From an uncultured archaeon (GTDB lineage Archaea; Altiarchaeota; Altiarchaeia; JAFGQM01), in the NCBI GenBank assembly GCA_964619365.1, contig CAZUDQ010000001.1:121742-185741 (forward strand): a stretch of 64,000 nucleotides of DNA. Direction: 5' to 3'. Made by a program: the position numbers and the translations under genes. This document shows positions 19,142 through 29,759 of this stretch, in pieces. The notes beneath the pieces were generated by a model. That model did no database searches, was not told where the DNA came from, and saw only the letters and a program-made list of their open reading frames with translations. Position 1 is the first letter of the stretch, and every line of letters starts with the position of its first letter.

Positions 19142-20230
19142 TTATCTTTCGCGCTCGCCTCTTATAAATTCCTCGACCATCTCTTTTGCAAGAGAATCCG
19201 GGTATTGTATGGGGGGCGACTTCATGAAATACGCTGACGGAGAAAGTAACATTCCGCCGACACCACGATCAAGACCAAGCTTTGCGCAGCGTATGGCATC
19301 AACTATTACTCCCGCCGAGTTTGGAGAGTCTTCGACTGAAAGGCGCATCTCAAGGTTCATTGGAACGTCGCCAAACTGCTTGCCTTCCATCCTGATAAAA
19401 CAGACCTTATTGTCCTTAAGCCACGGTACCCAGTCAGACGGGCCAACATAGATATCTTCATCGGGAAGCCTTTGTGGGAGCTGGCTTTGGACCGCATTTG
19501 TCTTTGAAATCCTTTTGCTCTTTAGCCGTGAGCGCATAAGCATATTCTTAAAATCTGTGTTGCCACCCACATTAAGCTGGTAAGTATGTGCTAGTGGCTC
19601 ACCGCGGTCTACAAAGAGTTTTGTTAAGACACGATGAACTATTGTTGCTCCAACCTGACTTTTGATATCGCTTCCGATAACCGGAAGCTTCTTTTTCTCA
19701 AATTCAGCGATAAGCTCTTTTTCATCCTGGATAAATACCGGGATTGCGTTTACAAAAGCAACGCCTGCTTCCATGCACTGGCGCGCATACCAACGAATGC
19801 CGTCTTCAGAGCCAACTGGAAGGTAGGCAACGGCGACTTCTGCCCCCGTTTCTTTAAGAACTTTTTTAACGTCAACAGGGTTTTGCTTCGGGTCGACAAG
19901 GAATGAATCCTGTACTGTTTCACCTATTCCATCAAGAACCGGACCTTTCTGGACAGTAATTCCCCAGTTTGGGACGTCTGAAAACTTTGTTGTGCAGTTC
20001 GAGCCTGAAAAAACTGCTTCAGATAGGTCTTTTCCTACCTTTCTCTTGTCAACATCAAAGGCCGCGACAAACTCTATGTCTGATATCTTGTATCCGCCAA
20101 GCACGTTATGCATAAGGCCAGGTACTCTCTCATCACTATCTCCAACATCCTTGTAATACTCGACACCCTGCACAAGAGAACTCGCACAGTTGCCAATACC
20201 AATAAGTGCTACTTTTATTTTTCCGGGCAT
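19142..20230 (-). CDS. ino1: Myo-inositol-1-phosphate synthase
   Basis: [52 protein letters not shown]. Confidence 0.96.
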   Translation of the reverse strand: MPGKIKVALIGIGNCASSLVQGVEYYKDVGDSDERVPGLMHNVLGGYKISDIEFVAAFDVDKRKVGKDLSEAVFSGSNCTTKFSDVPNWGITVQKGPVLDGIGETVQDSFLVDPKQNPVDVKKVLKETGAEVAVAYLPVGSEDGIRWYARQCMEAGVAFVNAIPVFIQDEKELIAEFEKKKLPVIGSDIKSQVGATIVHRVLTKLFVDRGEPLAHTYQLNVGGNTDFKNMLMRSRLKSKRISKTNAVQSQLPQRLPDEDIYVGPSDWVPWLKDNKVCFIRMEGKQFGDVPMNLEMRLSVEDSPNSAGVIVDAIRCAKLGLDRGVGGMLLSPSAYFMKSPPIQYPDSLAKEMVEEFIRGERER

Positions 20231-20336
20231 TTTCTTAATCGTTTGTTTTACGTAAGTAAATTTTACGGTTGTAAAATATAAGGGTAAATTAAGGCTTATA
20301 AAATAAAAATGAAAAAATCCGAAAATATGGGAAAAC

Positions 20337-21569
20337 TTAGTATATTTGCCCTTCTAAAAGTGCTTCATACGGCGCCCGCGCACGAATAAGGCGCGCCTTG
20401 CCTCCTGAAACCATGACTTCTGCTGGTTTGAGGAAGGAATTGTAGTTTGAGGCCATTGAAAATCCGTAGGCGCCTGCGTTTTCTATTGCAATTATATCGC
20501 CTTCTTCTGCGTGCTCAACCTTTCTGTCCTTTGCAAAGAAGTCGCCAGTCTCACAGATATTGCCCACAACATCAACCGTTTCAAGAGGGCCGTTTTGACA
20601 TTCCATATTAGATGCATTTTCTATGTGGTGGTATGCCCCGTACATTGAAGGGCGCACTAAGTGAGCCATATTGGCATCAAGACCTATAAAGGTCTTTTGA
20701 GGGTTCTTTTTTATCGTGTTGACTTTACCGAGAAGAACTCCTGCACTACACACCGAGTAGCGTCCGGGTTCAATCCTATACTCGACTTTTTTGCCATATG
20801 CCTTTGAGAAGGCTTCCATCTTTTCAGTCGCAAAGCGTCCAAACTCCTTTATGTCGACTTCTGGCTCGCCCGGCTTGTACTGAACTCCAATTCCACCGCC
20901 AAAATCTACAAAATCAAGGTCGGAAAATTCTTTTGCCGCGCTAAGGACAAGATTCATTGTCTCCTTAAAGGGGACGAGATCCATTATTGTTGTTCCGATA
21001 TGTGCATGTATGCCCACTATCTTTAAATCGTACTTTGAAGCTATCTCGCGAATTTTTGGCGCTTCGCCAATCCAGATGCCAAACTTTGAGTCAAGGCCGC
21101 CGGTTTTAAGGTGAGGATGAACATCGGGGTTTACATCCGGGCAGACGCGCACGCAGACATCACTTCCTGGGAATGCTTTCCCATATTTTTCAAGGCGCGA
21201 AAGGGAACCGATATTAAGAAGCACTCCTTTTTTATGTACCCATTCCATCTCAGAATCAGACATATTGTTGCCTGTAAAAAGAATATCTTCTTTTGGAAAG
21301 CCCGCTTCGAGGGCAAGGAAAACTTCTCCTGGTGAAACTGCATCAACCCCCCAGTTCTCACTTAAAATCACCTTAAGGACAGCAAGGCTTGAATTTGCCT
21401 TGCATGCAAAAAGGAGCTTTTTTGGGTTATATGCTATCGCGTCTGAAAGAAGCTTGCACTTTTCCCTAATGATATCTTCTTCATAAACATAAAGCGGCGT
21501 ACCAAATTCTTCTGCGAGTTCTTCAGCAGAAACTCCCCCAAGATTCATCTTACCCTCGCGGATTTCCAT
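20337..21569 (-). CDS. lysA: Diaminopimelate decarboxylase
   Basis: [16 protein letters not shown] lysine, [35 protein letters not shown]. Confidence 0.96.
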   Translation of the reverse strand: MEIREGKMNLGGVSAEELAEEFGTPLYVYEEDIIREKCKLLSDAIAYNPKKLLFACKANSSLAVLKVILSENWGVDAVSPGEVFLALEAGFPKEDILFTGNNMSDSEMEWVHKKGVLLNIGSLSRLEKYGKAFPGSDVCVRVCPDVNPDVHPHLKTGGLDSKFGIWIGEAPKIREIASKYDLKIVGIHAHIGTTIMDLVPFKETMNLVLSAAKEFSDLDFVDFGGGIGVQYKPGEPEVDIKEFGRFATEKMEAFSKAYGKKVEYRIEPGRYSVCSAGVLLGKVNTIKKNPQKTFIGLDANMAHLVRPSMYGAYHHIENASNMECQNGPLETVDVVGNICETGDFFAKDRKVEHAEEGDIIAIENAGAYGFSMASNYNSFLKPAEVMVSGGKARLIRARAPYEALLEGQIY

Positions 21570-21577
21570 TTTTGATA

Positions 21578-22411
21578 TTAAATGTTGTTTAGTGTGCCTT
21601 CAAATACTGTTGTTGCAGGGCCTGTCATAAATATATGGTTTGTTTCTTTGTCCCATACTACTTCAAGCGTTCCTCCAATCAGGTTTACTCGTATATTTCT
21701 TTTTGTCTTGCCATTTAGTGAACACGCAACAGCACTCGCGCAGGCTCCTGTCCCGCAAGCAAGGGTCTCGCCGCATCCGCGCTCCCATACGCGCATATTG
21801 ATTTCCTCGTCTGAAAGTATTTCAACAAACTCCACATTTGTCTTTTTCGGAAAAAGCTTGTGAGTTTCTACTACAGTTCCTATTTCCTCGACGGGGTGCG
21901 ATTCTGTTGAAGAAACAAAAGTCACCGCATGTGGGTTTCCCATGGAAACTGCAGTTATGTTTATGGTTTCGCCGTCTATTTCTATACCTTCGTTTATGAC
22001 TTTCTCGCCATCTGGGCCGTTCATTGGAATCTCTTCGCGCAATAGACGTGGTTCTCCCATGTCAACTCGCACGCGCCCGTCTGCAAGTAACTCTGGCTTG
22101 ATAACTCCTGCCAATGTTTCTACGCTAAGTTCTGTCTTCTCGGTTATTCCCTTCTCATAAAGGAATTTTGCAAAGCAGCGAATGCCGTTTCCGCACATTT
22201 CGGCTTCTGAGCCGTCGGCATTTATTATCTGCATGCGAAAATCGCAGGTTTCTGAAGGCAATACCAGAATAAGCCCATCGGCACCCACACCAAACTTTCT
22301 CTCACAAAGCTTTCGTGTGGTTCCTTCTAAATCTGAAATATCTAAACTGCGTGCATCAACAAGGATAAAATCGTTTCCTGTGCCATGCATCTTTGTGAAA
22401 TTTAGCTCCAT
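21578..22411 (-). CDS. dapF: Diaminopimelate epimerase
   Basis: KMHGTGNDF, NADGSEAEMCGNG, MGNPH, ERGCGETLACGTG. Confidence 0.97.
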   Translation of the reverse strand: MELNFTKMHGTGNDFILVDARSLDISDLEGTTRKLCERKFGVGADGLILVLPSETCDFRMQIINADGSEAEMCGNGIRCFAKFLYEKGITEKTELSVETLAGVIKPELLADGRVRVDMGEPRLLREEIPMNGPDGEKVINEGIEIDGETINITAVSMGNPHAVTFVSSTESHPVEEIGTVVETHKLFPKKTNVEFVEILSDEEINMRVWERGCGETLACGTGACASAVACSLNGKTKRNIRVNLIGGTLEVVWDKETNHIFMTGPATTVFEGTLNNI

Positions 22412-22418
22412 CTTTATC

Positions 22419-23579
22419 TTATTTTAAGTTGCGTATTCTTTCGGCTGCCTCAATTATCCTTTCTGAGGGTGAAGTTATTGACGCCCTGAAGTATCCTTCC
22501 CCGTATTCACCAAATGCAGTTCCTGGGGTGAGTACGACATTTGCCGCCTCCATTACCTTATTTACAAAAGAAGCTGAGGTTTCCCCTGCCGGGACTTTTG
22601 CCCATAAGTAAAAGGTTGCCGGGGGCTTTTTTGCTTCAATCCCGATATCGTTAAATGCTGCAACTAAGGTATCCATCCTTTTATTATACTCGTCAAGAGC
22701 TGGCGCCTCAGGATAATTCGTAAGTGCATATATCCCTGCCATTTGCACTGCCTCAAATACTCCTGAATCAATATTCTCTTTTACTTTTGAAAGGGCCGCA
22801 ACAATCTCTGGGTTTCCATACGCGCTTCCAAGTCTCCAGCCTGTCATATTGTAAGTCTTTGAGAATGAATGAAGTTCTATTCCAACATCCATTGCCCCAG
22901 GCACCTCAAGGAATGAGATTGGCTTATTCTTCTTATCAAAGTATATCTCAGAATAGGGTAAATCAGAGACTATGATTACCTCATTTTCTTCTGCAAAATC
23001 AACTACATCACTGTAAAATGCCTTGTCTGCAACGGCTCCTGTGGGGTTATTCGGGTAATTGATATACATTAGTTTTGCGTCCTTAGCATCAGAGGCGTTT
23101 ATTGCAGATAAGTCCGGTAAGTATCCATTCTCTTCAAGAAGTGGCATCTTTACTGGAATGCCGCCACTAAGTAAGCAAGCACCGTTTGCATAGCCCGGGT
23201 ATCCTGGGTCCGGCACAAGTACCTTGTCCCCCGGGTTGACAAATGCACGGGCAAGATTGCAAAGACCTTCTTTTGAGCCAAGTGTCGCCTGAACATCAGA
23301 GGCGCTTATGCTTATACCAAATCTTTTTTTGCACCAATCAGCCCATGCCTGCCTAAAGTCCGGACGCCCGGCATCCATAGGGTATCTGTGAGTAGAGCTA
23401 TCATTTATAGCATCAGACATTGCTGAGACTATTCCTTTTGGTGTTGGAAGGTCAGGATCCCCAATTCCTAAATCAACAAGATCCTTGCCCTTTTCACGAA
23501 GTGCTTTTTTCTTTCTTGAAATTTCAGCAAAAGCGTATGGAGGTATGCTTTTTAGATTATTTGAATATTCTATCTTCAT
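22419..23579 (-). CDS. dapL: LL-diaminopimelate aminotransferase (class I/II PLP enzyme)
   Basis: DLGIGDPD, GSKEG, NYPNNPTG, SFSKTYNMTGWRLG, ENIDSG, PG.AFG.YGEGYFR; lies between dapB and dapF. Confidence 0.85.
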   Translation of the reverse strand: MKIEYSNNLKSIPPYAFAEISRKKKALREKGKDLVDLGIGDPDLPTPKGIVSAMSDAINDSSTHRYPMDAGRPDFRQAWADWCKKRFGISISASDVQATLGSKEGLCNLARAFVNPGDKVLVPDPGYPGYANGACLLSGGIPVKMPLLEENGYLPDLSAINASDAKDAKLMYINYPNNPTGAVADKAFYSDVVDFAEENEVIIVSDLPYSEIYFDKKNKPISFLEVPGAMDVGIELHSFSKTYNMTGWRLGSAYGNPEIVAALSKVKENIDSGVFEAVQMAGIYALTNYPEAPALDEYNKRMDTLVAAFNDIGIEAKKPPATFYLWAKVPAGETSASFVNKVMEAANVVLTPGTAFGEYGEGYFRASITSPSERIIEAAERIRNLK

Positions 23580-23649
23580 TTCAATTTTTACCTTTATTCT
23601 AGCGCCTAATTTGAAGCTGACTCTAAAAATAGTTTAAATTGCGTGATAA

Positions 23650-24471
23650 TTAGTCTTTTAGGCCAATTACATCCCACATATCATAAAGGCCTGACTCTTT
23701 TCCCGCAAGCCATTTTGTAGCAAGTACGCATCCGCTTGCAAAGCAGTCGCGTGAGTGTGCTTGGTGACGAATTTCTATTCTCTCGCCAAGCGCCCCAAAA
23801 AGAAGAGTGTGGTCTCCTACAATATCTCCTGCGCGAATGGCGTGTATGCCAATCTCCTCGGGAGTCCTCTCTCCGACCATACCTTCTCGACCATAGACTG
23901 CAACATCGTCAAGATTGCGGCCTCTTGCTTCGGCAACTATCTTTGCTAGAGTCTTTGCTGTGCCTGAGGGTGCATCTTTTTTGAACCTGTGATGCGCTTC
24001 AATTAACTCAATGTCAAAGCCTTTTAATCCTTTTGCGGCATCTTCTGCGAGCTTGAAAAATACATTTACACCGACTGAAAAGTTTGATGCAATGATTCCT
24101 GCAATGCCTGAATCTGTAATTATCTTCTCAAGCTCTTTTAATTCTTCGCCTGCAAAGCCTGTTGTACCTATGATTACCTTGACATTATTTGCCGCGGCTA
24201 TCTCTGCAGTTTTAATAGATACTTTGGGCGTGGTAAAGTCTATTAGAATATCGGGCTTTTTCTCTTTTATCTCTGAATCGATAGTGTCGCCTGAGACTAC
24301 AAAAACACCAATATTCCCAATACCAAGAACATCTCCTATATCCTTTCCTATGCTTGGCGAATTTGGGGCATCTATTGCTGAAACTACCTCAAGATTATCA
24401 TCGTTTTGTGCATGAGACAAGACCATTCCTGCCATACGCCCACATGCGCCGTTTATTGCTATCCTTGTCAT
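23650..24471 (-). CDS. dapB: 4-hydroxy-tetrahydrodipicolinate reductase
   Basis: GACGRM, DFT, GTTG, EAHHRFKKDAPSGTA, RAGDIVGDH. Confidence 0.97.
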   Translation of the reverse strand: MTRIAINGACGRMAGMVLSHAQNDDNLEVVSAIDAPNSPSIGKDIGDVLGIGNIGVFVVSGDTIDSEIKEKKPDILIDFTTPKVSIKTAEIAAANNVKVIIGTTGFAGEELKELEKIITDSGIAGIIASNFSVGVNVFFKLAEDAAKGLKGFDIELIEAHHRFKKDAPSGTAKTLAKIVAEARGRNLDDVAVYGREGMVGERTPEEIGIHAIRAGDIVGDHTLLFGALGERIEIRHQAHSRDCFASGCVLATKWLAGKESGLYDMWDVIGLKD

Positions 24472-24472
24472 C

Positions 24473-25348
24473 TTAAATGAGGTCTAAGGAAGAAAGGACT
24501 ACGTCCATCTTTGCCTTATTTTCATTTGTCATCTCGACAAGAGGGAGTCGTGGTGCTCCAGCTGCAAAGCCCATCTTATCTAAAGCATATTTGACCGGGC
24601 ACGGATTTGTGTCTACAAATACCACCTTAAAGAGATCAAGAAGCTCGTAATGAATGGCCTTTGAAGTTTCTAATTTACCGTCAAAAAATTCATGAACCAT
24701 GTTTGCGACTTTTGCGGGAGCTATGTTTGATGCCACTGAAATAACACCGTGGCCACCAAGTGCCATCATAGGGTAAGTCCAGCTGTCCTCGCCTGAAAGG
24801 ACTATGAAGTCTTCAGGCGCATCGCGCAAGATTCTCATTATCTGCTCAAGATTACATGAGGCTTCCTTTACGGCAACGATATTTGGAATCTTTGAAAGTC
24901 TGAGTGTCGTTTCTGCTTCAAGATTCTTTCCCGTCCTGCTGGGGACATTGTAAAGGACAATAGGTATATCCACAGCCTCTGCTATCGCTTTATAGTGCTG
25001 GTATAAGCCTTCCTGGCTTGGCTTATTATAATAAGGGACAACGATAAGTGCCGCGTCGGCACCAGCATCCTTTGCATGCTGAGTATACCTGATGGCCTCT
25101 TTTGTTGAATTTGAACCGGACCCTGCTATAACTTTACATTTGCCTTTTGCCTCTTCAACGGCAATGTCGATTACTCGCTCGTGTTCTTCCGGACTGAGCA
25201 CTGGACATTCTCCTGTCGTTCCGACAGGCACAACTCCATCCATTCCCTGCTCAATCTGGAAGCGTATGTTTTTTCGCAAACCCTCTTCGTCGAGGGCCTC
25301 GCCTGAAAAAGGCGTTACAATTGCAGTATAGGCTCCAGATAGGTCCAT
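24473..25348 (-). CDS. dapA: 4-hydroxy-tetrahydrodipicolinate synthase
   Basis: GTTGE, PYYNKP, LYNVPSRTG, KEAS. Confidence 0.97.
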   Translation of the reverse strand: MDLSGAYTAIVTPFSGEALDEEGLRKNIRFQIEQGMDGVVPVGTTGECPVLSPEEHERVIDIAVEEAKGKCKVIAGSGSNSTKEAIRYTQHAKDAGADAALIVVPYYNKPSQEGLYQHYKAIAEAVDIPIVLYNVPSRTGKNLEAETTLRLSKIPNIVAVKEASCNLEQIMRILRDAPEDFIVLSGEDSWTYPMMALGGHGVISVASNIAPAKVANMVHEFFDGKLETSKAIHYELLDLFKVVFVDTNPCPVKYALDKMGFAAGAPRLPLVEMTNENKAKMDVVLSSLDLI

Positions 25349-25356
25349 TTTTAGTC

Positions 25357-26001
25357 TTAACGGCGCCTGTTATGTCCGCGCCTGTTATTTCTTTCTTCGT
25401 CTTCTTTGCCAAAATCGGGCACAAACAGCCTGTGATCAAGCTCCTTACCTTCGATTTCCTCAAGCACGCGCTCTGTTACAAGTTCTTTGGCATCCGGCAT
25501 GCCTTTTACGCGCGCGTTGATATCTTTAAAACTCTTAAAAGGTTCAATCTCCCGTTCATCAAGAATACTTATAAGATGCTTCTTTCCTATTTTTGGCAGG
25601 AGCTCAAGCTGGTGATGCTTAAGGCTTATTGCCCTTGACTTGTTGTAAAAGTCCACGAATCTTTGCTCTTGGGTTTCGATAATCTGCTCTATTGCTTCTT
25701 CGAGTTCCTTTTTGGATGTATTTGAAAGCTCGTCATATCGAACGCGGCGTCTTATGGTCTTTACCTTTGGGCGCTCGCCATCCCCCACATAAACCCTTTC
25801 ATGAAGATCGAATGTGGCCTCGTCTTTTGGACTGACTTCGAGTAACACAAAATAATGCTCGCCGACTGTCTGTGCTACAGGAACGCGCTTGTACATAGGC
25901 ATAGAACCACTCCCATTCGGGAGATAATCTAAGACTACGGCATATTCTTCACGAATCTTTTCAGCCCTGCGGCCTCCATCTACCTTTGTGTCTTCGTCCA
26001 T
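25357..26001 (-). CDS. DUF655 family putative RNA-binding protein
   Basis: REEYAVVLDYLP, LLE, RVYVG, H.LELLP.IGKK, F.SF.D; canonical position after rpoF. Confidence 0.9.
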   Translation of the reverse strand: MDEDTKVDGGRRAEKIREEYAVVLDYLPNGSGSMPMYKRVPVAQTVGEHYFVLLEVSPKDEATFDLHERVYVGDGERPKVKTIRRRVRYDELSNTSKKELEEAIEQIIETQEQRFVDFYNKSRAISLKHHQLELLPKIGKKHLISILDEREIEPFKSFKDINARVKGMPDAKELVTERVLEEIEGKELDHRLFVPDFGKEDEERNNRRGHNRRR

Positions 26002-26041
26002 TCTTTTAAAATCAGGGGGAACTTGACAATCGCTTTTTCCC

Positions 26042-26377
26042 TTATTTACGTTTTGCGATTATCTCAAGTACCTTATCAACCATCTCTGTTTCAGGAGGTT
26101 TTCGTTCTTTTGCAAAAAAAGCGCGTAACTCGTCCCGTGTGTCGGGCATGCAATTTATTATTTCAATTGCCTTTTCTTTATTTAGTCCGAGCTCTGTCAT
26201 CTCTTTTTTCATTGCCTGAGCGTCTTTTACAGATACTTTTGCTGCATGCTGGGCATGCTCTAAAGCCTTCTTCTGCACGTATTCGAGCTCTTCTTTCTCC
26301 TTTGAGATATCTGTCAGAAGCTTTTTAACTTCGGCTACTGAAACAGGGTCCTCGGAATAGAATTCCTTTGAGTTCAT
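26042..26377 (-). CDS. rpoF: DNA-directed RNA polymerase subunit Rpo4 (F)
   Basis: EVK.LL, L.Y.Q..ALEHA, I.N..P.T.DELR pattern; follows rpl21e. Confidence 0.9.
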   Translation of the reverse strand: MNSKEFYSEDPVSVAEVKKLLTDISKEKEELEYVQKKALEHAQHAAKVSVKDAQAMKKEMTELGLNKEKAIEIINCMPDTRDELRAFFAKERKPPETEMVDKVLEIIAKRK

Positions 26378-26390
26378 CTTATTATAAAGA

Positions 26391-26684
26391 TTAGTTTACC
26401 TTTGCCCTCTTAAGGTGTGCTGAAGAGGTCACAGATGTCTTTTTCTTACCGCCGTCCTTTATCTCGACTTCATAACAATCACCACGGATAACCTTGACTT
26501 CGCCCTCTTTACCCTGCCATCTTGGGTGGGGCATTGCATCCTGCGTGCTTGAATCTATGTCGATTATGACGCGGTCGCCAACTTCGAAAGTCTCAAGAAG
26601 CTGGTTTACTGTTGTCCTCTCCCTGTGCCTGGAGAGCTTGTTGCGGTTGTGGCGTCCACCTTTACCGCTGTTTCTGCTTACCAT
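26391..26684 (-). CDS. rpl21e: 50S ribosomal protein L21e
   Basis: F.VGDRV.I.ID.S....MPHPRWQGK.G, I.DGGKKK, HLK; start placed at ATG 26684 (MVSRNSG), since the upstream track extension looks non-coding. Confidence 0.93.
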   Translation of the reverse strand: MVSRNSGKGGRHNRNKLSRHRERTTVNQLLETFEVGDRVIIDIDSSTQDAMPHPRWQGKEGEVKVIRGDCYEVEIKDGGKKKTSVTSSAHLKRAKVN

Positions 26685-27010
26685 TTTTAATATTTTTAAT
26701 CTAAGAACGATTATCCCCGACAAAGCGGTAAATCGCAAATAAACTCCTGTAAGTTTGCGTATATTTTGAAGAGAGTCGTACAAAAAGGCAACTATTTGCC
26801 TCAAAATCAAAGTCCAGCGATAAAAATAGCGTATAAGAAGGCGCCCGAGAAAATAGAATTGCTGTGTTGGGGGGTCCAATCAAGAGACTTTTTCGTGATA
26901 GGACGGGCGCCTTTTAGAGGGATTAACTTGTATTTCAATGGGAGATATTATAAAAATGCAGTTATATCTTTGTGATTATTCTTATATTGCTATTTGTAAT
27001 CTATAAGAGT

Positions 27011-29713
27011 ATGCCTCCTTATTATTCAGTTGACGGAAAAGACGCGATAAAATCCCTAAATAGTTCAGAAAAGGGTTTAACTGGAGGCGAAGCCACAAAA
27101 AGGCTTGAAAAATACGGTCCAAACGAACTGAAAAAAGAGGGTGGCATCCCTATCTGGAAGCTCTTTTTAGCGCAGTTTAAAAGCATACTCATTATAGTCC
27201 TTATAATAGCTGCTGTCGTCTCTTTTATAATTGATTTAGAAGAAGGAAAAGAGCCTATAGACACAATAGTCATAACAATAATTGTGGTACTAAACGCCGT
27301 AATCGGCTTTGTGCAGGAATATAAGGCCGAAAAAAGCCTTGACGCCCTTAAGGCGCTTGTCAGCGCTCAGGCAAAAGTAATGCGCGAGGGGCACGAGATA
27401 AAAGTCTCTACAAGCGAGCTTGTTCCCGGCGACATAATACTTCTTGAGGCTGGTGACAAAGTTCCTTCCGACGGAAGAATCATAAGCGCACTTGACTTAA
27501 GGGTTGATGAAGCGGCCTTGACTGGAGAATCCCTTCCTGTTGAAAAAAGCACAAAAAAGTTTCCTATAAAGACAGTTCTTGCAGACAGGCTCTCCATGGT
27601 TTATTCCGGGACAGTAATCGTATATGGCAAGGCAACAGTCCTTGTCACGGCAACGGGAATGGAAACCGAACTTGGAAAGATAGCAAGTCTTGTTCAGGAA
27701 ACAAGTGTTGAAGAAACCCCGCTTCAGGCAAGACTCGACAAAGTCGGAAAACAGCTTGCAGTAATGGTCCTTATTGTCTGTGTCGTTGTCTTTGCAACAG
27801 AAGTCCTAAAGAACGGAAGTGGTGAGATCATGGAGTTTTTCCTTGTTGCTGTTGCCCTGGCCGTTGCCGCAATCCCTGAAGGCCTGCCCGCAGTTGTCAC
27901 AATGGCTCTTGCCCTTGGAACGCAGCGCATGGTCAAAAGAAAGGCGATAATAAGGAAGCTTCCGGCAGTTGAGACGCTTGGCTCCTGTGATGTTATCTGC
28001 AGTGATAAGACCGGGACATTTACTAAAAACGAGATGACCGTGCGAAAAATAGCGTACAATAATCGTGAAATAAATGTTTCTGGCTCAGGATATGAACCAA
28101 AAGGGGACTTCAGTGAAAATGGAAAGCTTATTGATGTTTCGCGTGACGCGACCCTAATGTCCCTTCTTCGTGGAAGTGTGCTTTGCAACAACGCAAGCCT
28201 TGAGTCCGGAGGCATTGGAGACCCAACAGAAATCGCTCTTATAACCCTTGGAGGAAAAGCTGGAATTATTCAGGAAAGCGCAACGTCTGAATTCCCGCGG
28301 GAAAAAGAGGTTCAATTCGATTCTGAAAGAAAGCGCATGTCAACAGTAAACAAGATAGACGGCAAGGAAATGGTATATTGTAAAGGCGCAACAGAAATCA
28401 TTTTGGATTTGTGTGACAGCGTCTTTGCCCGGGGCAAGAAAATAAAACTTGACGCGGCTGGGAAAAGAAAGCTCTTGGAAAAGAATGATGTCATGGCAAG
28501 TGATGCCCTCCGCGTCCTTGGAATAGCTACAAAGGAGCTAAAAAAGAAGGGTGAGGCTATTGAAACGGGTTTAACTTTCCTTGGAATGATTGGAATGATT
28601 GACCCGCCGCGCGAAGAAGTGAAGGGCGCAATATCATTATGTAAAGAGGCTGGAATCGCAGTTAAGATGATAACGGGAGACCACGCGATAACAGCAAGTG
28701 CCATTGCCCGCGAGATTGGTCTGCCAAAGGGTGAAACTGTTACCGGGACTGAACTGGAGTCTATGAGTGAGCCTGAGCTTGAAAAAAGAGTCGAATCAAT
28801 AACAGTATTTGCAAGAGTGAACCCGGAGCATAAACTTAGAATTGTTGCGGCTCTAAAAAAGAACGGACATATTGTTGCAATGACGGGAGATGGAGTAAAT
28901 GACGCTCCGGCCCTAAAGAAAGCTGATATCGGGATTGCGATGGGGATAAGCGGGACTGAAGTAACTAAGGAAGCTGCTGCAATGGTTCTTGCTGATGACA
29001 ATTTTGCAACGATAGTCTCTGCTGTTGAAGAAGGGCGCGGTATTTATGACAACATCAAAAAATTCATCTGTTTCTTACTCTCATCAAATTCCGGAGAGGT
29101 AATGTCTCTTTTCTTTGGAATATTGCTTTTCCCTCTTGTAGGCCCGTTTATCTCGGCAATACAAATTCTTTGGATAAACTTGATAACAGACGGCGCGCCG
29201 GCTCTTGCCCTGGGTGTCGACCCAAAACCAAAAGACCTTATGAAAAGAGCCCCACGGAATCCAAAGGAGAGCATATTCTCAGGCATCATGCTGCGGACAA
29301 TACTTTTGACGGGAATCGTACTTGCAGTGGGTACTCTTGGAGTCTATTATGCTTATAACCCTCTTTTTGTAGGTGAAGGCGAGATTGCACTTAAGGCGTC
29401 AACCATGGCATTTAGCGTGCTTGTAATGTTCCAGCTAGTCAATGTCTTTAACTGCAAGACTGAAAAAGAATCTTTGTTTTCTTCCCACCCCTTTAACAAC
29501 AAGTGGCTCATCCTTGCAGTTATTGTCGGAATTGTACTTCAATGCCTCATAATCTACGTGCCGTTTTTGGCTGAAGCATTTGGAACGGTGCCACTCTCAG
29601 TTTTTGACTGGGGAGTCATTTTTGGGGTGGCACTTAGCGTACTTGTTGTAATTGAGATTTATAAGGCCTTTGAGAGATGGCATGATAAGAACCTACATGC
29701 AACTTGCCGCTAA
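27011..29713 (+). CDS. Cation-transporting P-type ATPase (type IIA, Ca2+/Mn2+-like)
   Basis: LTGES, AIPEGLP, CSDKTGT phosphorylation site, KGA, MITGD, TGDGVNDAPALKKADIG, QILWINL.TDG; start placed at ATG 27011. Confidence 0.93.
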   Translation: MPPYYSVDGKDAIKSLNSSEKGLTGGEATKRLEKYGPNELKKEGGIPIWKLFLAQFKSILIIVLIIAAVVSFIIDLEEGKEPIDTIVITIIVVLNAVIGFVQEYKAEKSLDALKALVSAQAKVMREGHEIKVSTSELVPGDIILLEAGDKVPSDGRIISALDLRVDEAALTGESLPVEKSTKKFPIKTVLADRLSMVYSGTVIVYGKATVLVTATGMETELGKIASLVQETSVEETPLQARLDKVGKQLAVMVLIVCVVVFATEVLKNGSGEIMEFFLVAVALAVAAIPEGLPAVVTMALALGTQRMVKRKAIIRKLPAVETLGSCDVICSDKTGTFTKNEMTVRKIAYNNREINVSGSGYEPKGDFSENGKLIDVSRDATLMSLLRGSVLCNNASLESGGIGDPTEIALITLGGKAGIIQESATSEFPREKEVQFDSERKRMSTVNKIDGKEMVYCKGATEIILDLCDSVFARGKKIKLDAAGKRKLLEKNDVMASDALRVLGIATKELKKKGEAIETGLTFLGMIGMIDPPREEVKGAISLCKEAGIAVKMITGDHAITASAIAREIGLPKGETVTGTELESMSEPELEKRVESITVFARVNPEHKLRIVAALKKNGHIVAMTGDGVNDAPALKKADIGIAMGISGTEVTKEAAAMVLADDNFATIVSAVEEGRGIYDNIKKFICFLLSSNSGEVMSLFFGILLFPLVGPFISAIQILWINLITDGAPALALGVDPKPKDLMKRAPRNPKESIFSGIMLRTILLTGIVLAVGTLGVYYAYNPLFVGEGEIALKASTMAFSVLVMFQLVNVFNCKTEKESLFSSHPFNNKWLILAVIVGIVLQCLIIYVPFLAEAFGTVPLSVFDWGVIFGVALSVLVVIEIYKAFERWHDKNLHATCR

Positions 29714-29759
29714 AGCTTAGCTTAAGAAACCTAGAATTAAACAAAAGAAATAAATGAGT

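Noticed and set aside
26685-26879. 65-aa N-terminal extension of L21e in the track
   Set aside because: Non-ATG start and no resemblance to L21e; ATG 26684 gives the normal length
26685-27010. Possible tRNA (76-nt span closed by a GC stem), SRP RNA or yybP-ykoY riboswitch
   Set aside because: No T-loop GTTC or cloverleaf on either strand, no SRP helix-8 motif, no recognisable riboswitch consensus; kept only as an unexplained structure
9649-29001. Long antisense ORFs (e.g. 9649-10353, 14712-15332, 15775-16386, 28312-29001)
   Set aside because: Lie wholly opposite well-supported genes and have composition typical of antisense frames
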